Source: an uncultured Spirochaetota bacterium (GTDB lineage Bacteria > Spirochaetota > Spirochaetia > Treponematales > UBA12059). From it: 64,000 nucleotides of DNA. The stretch covers positions 8,816-72,815 of the forward strand of contig CALMRC010000087.1 of assembly GCA_937873275.1 (NCBI GenBank), in the 5' to 3' direction. The translations under genes were made by a program, and so were the position numbers. Positions 59,434-64,000 of this stretch are shown here, in pieces; positions within the stretch are counted from its first letter, which is position 1, and each line of letters opens with the position of its first letter. The notes under the pieces are model-generated. The model did no database searches, was not told the origin of the DNA, and saw only the letters and a program-made list of their open reading frames with translations.

Positions 59434-59898
59434 TCACTCTCCGAGTTCGGCAAGACGCCGGCGGGCCGAGGCTCCCATCGGCAGGGGGAGGAGCAGGTCG
59501 AACAGGAACGCGTTGGTCACGCAGAGCAGCATGACTCCCAGATTCCTGCCCAGCTTGTCGAGGTTTTCGCCGTCCGCGAAGACCAGGATGCTCACGAAGC
59601 CCAGCATGGTTCCGAGCCCGGCGGCTGTATATAGCCATTTCCTCAAGTCCTGGAAGAAGAGCCGGGATTTCTCCAAGTCTTTTCGGTCGGCGACGGGATC
59701 GAAGGGCGCGGAAAAGGCCCGGCCGATGTCCCGGACCGGCCAGGACGCGAAGGCCATCAACGCGGGCACCAGGATCAGGATCAAATAGGTGGGCACGTCC
59801 ACGAAGGTCGGAAGGGTGCTCCCGGAAATGAGCACCATGGCGGCCGATAAAGCGAGAGTCAGGAAAATCCCCACGAAGTACTTCAGTATCATGATCAT
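59434..59898 (-). CDS. small MotA/TolQ/ExbB-like membrane protein (tentative)
   Basis: Trimmed to MIMILKYFVG... (154 aa), 4 TM. Termini resemble the MotA/ExbB channel pattern. ATGA overlap with the upstream gene. Confidence 0.45.
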   Translation of the reverse strand: MIMILKYFVGIFLTLALSAAMVLISGSTLPTFVDVPTYLILILVPALMAFASWPVRDIGRAFSAPFDPVADRKDLEKSRLFFQDLRKWLYTAAGLGTMLGFVSILVFADGENLDKLGRNLGVMLLCVTNAFLFDLLLPLPMGASARRRLAELGE

Positions 59899-60308
59899 TC
59901 CTTTCCCCGGAATCGTCCGGGCAAGACGGGTGCCTTGGACGCCGGGCCCCGCAGTTCCGCGAACTCCGATGCTGCCCGGGCAAGTCTCGTTCCGATCGAC
60001 CGCCCCGCAATCACGGCCCGGGCCCCCAGGACCTCCGGATCCGCGGGTACGCCTCCCCCCGGAGCCGCGAGAAAGGAGGCTCCGACGCAGGCCGCGAGAA
60101 CCGCCGCCGCCGCCGCTTCGTTGAACCACCCCGGAAGCCTGGGCGCCGCGGATGGGAGCGGAACGTTGCGGCGGTAGGCTTTGGCCGGTTCTCCTTCCGT
60201 CCGGGCGAACGGATCCCGCGATGCCGGACGATTCCTTTCTTCCTCGATCTCCCGGGAAAAATGGATCCTGAGAAGGTTCTCCGGATCGATCCGTCTACCT
60301 GCCGCCAT
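59895..60308 (-). CDS. putative single-pass anti-sigma factor
   Basis: 137 aa. One TM helix (AAAAAVLAACVGASFLAA). 14-nt overlap with the ECF sigma gene. Assigned by position only, with no recognisable motif. Confidence 0.4.
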   Translation of the reverse strand: MAAGRRIDPENLLRIHFSREIEEERNRPASRDPFARTEGEPAKAYRRNVPLPSAAPRLPGWFNEAAAAAVLAACVGASFLAAPGGGVPADPEVLGARAVIAGRSIGTRLARAASEFAELRGPASKAPVLPGRFRGKE

Positions 60309-60834
60309 ATTCCCTCTCCCATTCCCTGCGCAAGGCGATCCGGATCTCGTGAAGCCTCCATTTCGCCGTACCTACGGGCACCCCCGCGATTTGAGCCGCT
60401 TCGGAAACGCACAGACCCTGTCCGTACACCAGGCTCGCCAGCTCCCTATCTCGCTCCCCCAGGGATTCGACGAAGCGCCGTACGAAGGCGGCCTCGGAAT
60501 CCCGGACGGCGGAATCCTCGGCGCCTGCGATTCGGGACGGGACGGCGTCGACGAACTCGGAGATAGTCCTCCCCCGTCCTGGACGGGCCAACTCGTCCAG
60601 TGCGGTCCTCCGGAGGATGGTGAGGAACCAGGGTGCGAAAGGCCTGGACGGGTCGTAGGATTCCCGGGCCGCCCAGGCCCGGGCTACGGCTTCCCCGACG
60701 GCGTCCTCCCGGTCCTGGTCCGACAACCCCCGGAAGACCCGGCAGTACGCGGCCCCCCGCGGGAGCCATTCGCGGCAAAACTCCCGGAAATCGTGGAGTG
60801 ACAAAAAACTGGAGTCCCCCGCATCGTCTCGCAT
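60295..60834 (-). CDS. ECF-type RNA polymerase sigma-70 family factor
   Basis: Trimmed to MRDDAGDSS... (179 aa); the longer ORF would translate the glnS terminator. Region 2 (FAPWFLTILRRTALDELAR) and region 4 HTH (CVSEAAQIAGVPVGTAKWRLHEIR). Confidence 0.8.
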   Translation of the reverse strand: MRDDAGDSSFLSLHDFREFCREWLPRGAAYCRVFRGLSDQDREDAVGEAVARAWAARESYDPSRPFAPWFLTILRRTALDELARPGRGRTISEFVDAVPSRIAGAEDSAVRDSEAAFVRRFVESLGERDRELASLVYGQGLCVSEAAQIAGVPVGTAKWRLHEIRIALRREWEREYGGR

Positions 60835-60872
60835 CTTCAACCTGCAGTACGGGATTTTCCGGGATCGGTTTG

Positions 60873-60900
60873 AAAAAACGGGGATCCCCGAGGATCCCCG
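60873..60900 (-). terminator. intrinsic terminator after glnS
   Basis: Minus strand: CGGGGATCC-TCGG-GGATCCCCG followed by TTTTTT. Confidence 0.75.
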
Positions 60901-60923
60901 CAATATTCAGGAGGCGGGGCCGC

Positions 60924-62654
<1,731 letters not shown>

Positions 62655-62718
62655 GGATACTCCTTACCGCGCTTCAGGGGCGCGGCAGGTAGACTATGCC
62701 GCCCGAGGGGGGGACGGG

Positions 62719-63504
62719 TCAAGGTCGGGCTTCCGCCCGGATCCGCTGGAGCGCCTCCCGGTATGCCTGGATCAGCACCCGGGCGTCGAGGCTGAAGGTC
62801 ATGGCGTCGAACCCGAACCGGAATCCCTCGGCGACCTTGTCCGCGTGGACGGTGAAATAGGTGGTGAACTTCCCCGCCTTCCGGCAGGCGGTCCGGACGC
62901 GCTCGAGGGCCCGGAGAAAGTCCGGGTGCTCGAACTGTCCGGGAATTCCCATCGAGATGGACAGGTCGAAGGGCCCGATGAAGATCCCGTCCACCCCCTC
63001 CAATCCCGCGATGGTCTCGATGTTCTCCAGGCATCCGACGGTCTCGCACTGGGGTATAAGCAGGGTCTCGGAATTGCAGTAGTCCATGTTGACGCGGAGG
63101 TCCTCGGTGGCGGGGTACTCGAAGCCCCAGCCGTCCTTCCGGGTGGGGCAGAATCCCCGCTTTCCCACCGGGGAAAACTTCGCGTAGTCCACGAGGGCGC
63201 GGACCTGGTCCACCGTGTGGACGTCGGGGACGACGACCCCCTGGGCCCCCACGTCCAGAAGCTTCAGGACCGCGGGGCGGCTTATCTCCCGGGTCCGGGC
63301 CAGGGGCGTAATGCCCGAGAGTTCCGCGGCCCGGACGAAATCGGCGGTCCGTTCCGCCTCGAAGGGACCGTGTTCGTTGTCCACGATGAGGAAATCCAGG
63401 CCCGTCTTGCCCAGGGCCTCGATCACGGATTCCGAACCGAGCTCGAAAAAGGTTCCGACGGGGCGTGCCCCGGCCGCGAGTTTTTCCTTGAGGATGTTTT
63501 TCAT
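62719..63504 (-). CDS. HpcH/HpaI family aldolase
   Basis: 261 aa. HpcH-like pattern (FLIVDNEHGP...LVRVP-type...). TIM-barrel aldolase family. Confidence 0.85.
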   Translation of the reverse strand: MKNILKEKLAAGARPVGTFFELGSESVIEALGKTGLDFLIVDNEHGPFEAERTADFVRAAELSGITPLARTREISRPAVLKLLDVGAQGVVVPDVHTVDQVRALVDYAKFSPVGKRGFCPTRKDGWGFEYPATEDLRVNMDYCNSETLLIPQCETVGCLENIETIAGLEGVDGIFIGPFDLSISMGIPGQFEHPDFLRALERVRTACRKAGKFTTYFTVHADKVAEGFRFGFDAMTFSLDARVLIQAYREALQRIRAEARP

Positions 63505-63597
63505 GGAATCGCCTTTCCCGGGGCCGCGACGGCCATCGGATATGAAACGGCCGCCGGCGGCCTCGATAGGACGCCGGCGGCCGCACCGGATGTCGCC

Positions 63598-64000
63598 CTA
63601 TACTACTCCGCCGGATTTCCGCTCGTTTTGGCCGATCTCGAAGGCCTGTTCGGCTATGATCTTCACCTGCTCCTGGATGAGCGTCTTGACGACGTCCCCG
63701 ATGGAAATGACCCCCGCGAGCTTTCCCTTGTCCTTGACGGGGAGGTGACGGAACCGCCCCACGGTCATGAGGTTCATGCACGATTCGATGGTGGTGTCCG
63801 GCTCGGCGTAGGTGACATCCTTGGTCATGATCTCCCGGACCGGAGTGGACTCGCAGCTGCGGCCCTTCACGATGATCTTCCGGGCGAAATCCCGCTCCGA
63901 GAATATTCCCACCGCCTCGCCCTTCGCGTCCACCACCAGGATGGCGCCGATGTTCTTCTCCGCCATAAGGGTCAGGGCTTCCAGGGCCGAGGAATCCGGT
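63598..64000 (-). CDS. CBS domain pair protein; 5' end outside window
   Basis: The frame stays open upstream of the annotated Met to the window edge (...PDSSALEALTLMAEKNIGAILVVD...). Two CBS motifs. Confidence 0.8.
   Translation of the reverse strand, partial: PDSSALEALTLMAEKNIGAILVVDAKGEAVGIFSERDFARKIIVKGRSCESTPVREIMTKDVTYAEPDTTIESCMNLMTVGRFRHLPVKDKGKLAGVISIGDVVKTLIQEQVKIIAEQAFEIGQNERKSGGVV

Overview
This is a 64-kb, visibly high-GC (about two-thirds G+C by eye) bacterial chromosomal segment. It is densely packed, with about 64 protein-coding genes on both strands. I found no rRNA, tRNA, CRISPR array, integrase, transposase or other mobile-element signature. All family assignments come from my own motif and sequence recognition. 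No database search was run.

Because of the GC content, the six-frame track is full of long Arg/Gly/Pro-rich shadow ORFs, including fused ones of 1406, 1022, 949 and 945 aa. I rejected these and re-trimmed several starts to in-frame ATG/GTG codons with a Shine-Dalgarno sequence or a 4-nt start/stop overlap.

Functional blocks, in order:
- ThrE fragment, J-domain protein and DUF362 Fe-S protein.
- BMP-type ABC transporter.
- MATE efflux pump and MarR regulator.
- A cobalamin-centred sensory island (10.0-15.9 kb).
- An 8-kb sugar or polyol locus with a split transketolase.
- A secreted set: cytochrome b562-like, DUF4139, MBL and YD-repeat lipoprotein.
- PAP2, UppP and a Bce-like RR-HK-ABC envelope-stress operon.
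- EFR1 ferredoxin, YchJ, an SSS symporter, glyQS, pyk.
- CapA, two membrane proteins and an AbgB-like M20 hydrolase, with a TetR regulator.
- Orphan ABC ATPase, patatin, S10 peptidase.
- TAXI-TRAP transporter, GntR, ThDP enzyme and aminotransferase.
- ROK kinase, TetR and two flavoproteins.
- ECF sigma, anti-sigma and a MotA-like protein; then glnS, an HpcH aldolase and a CBS protein.

Intergenic regions repeatedly show TTGnnn-N16-18-TAnnnT promoters, several of them embraced by palindromes or direct repeats that look like operators.

The best candidate for an undescribed system has two parts. The first is a CarH-type (Wx9EH) B12 photoreceptor-like protein that lacks any DNA-binding domain and sits next to a sensor-less GGDEF cyclase. 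The second, divergently transcribed, is an operon of corrinoid protein, MtaA-like protein without zinc ligands, DUF1638, GAF histidine kinase and receiver.
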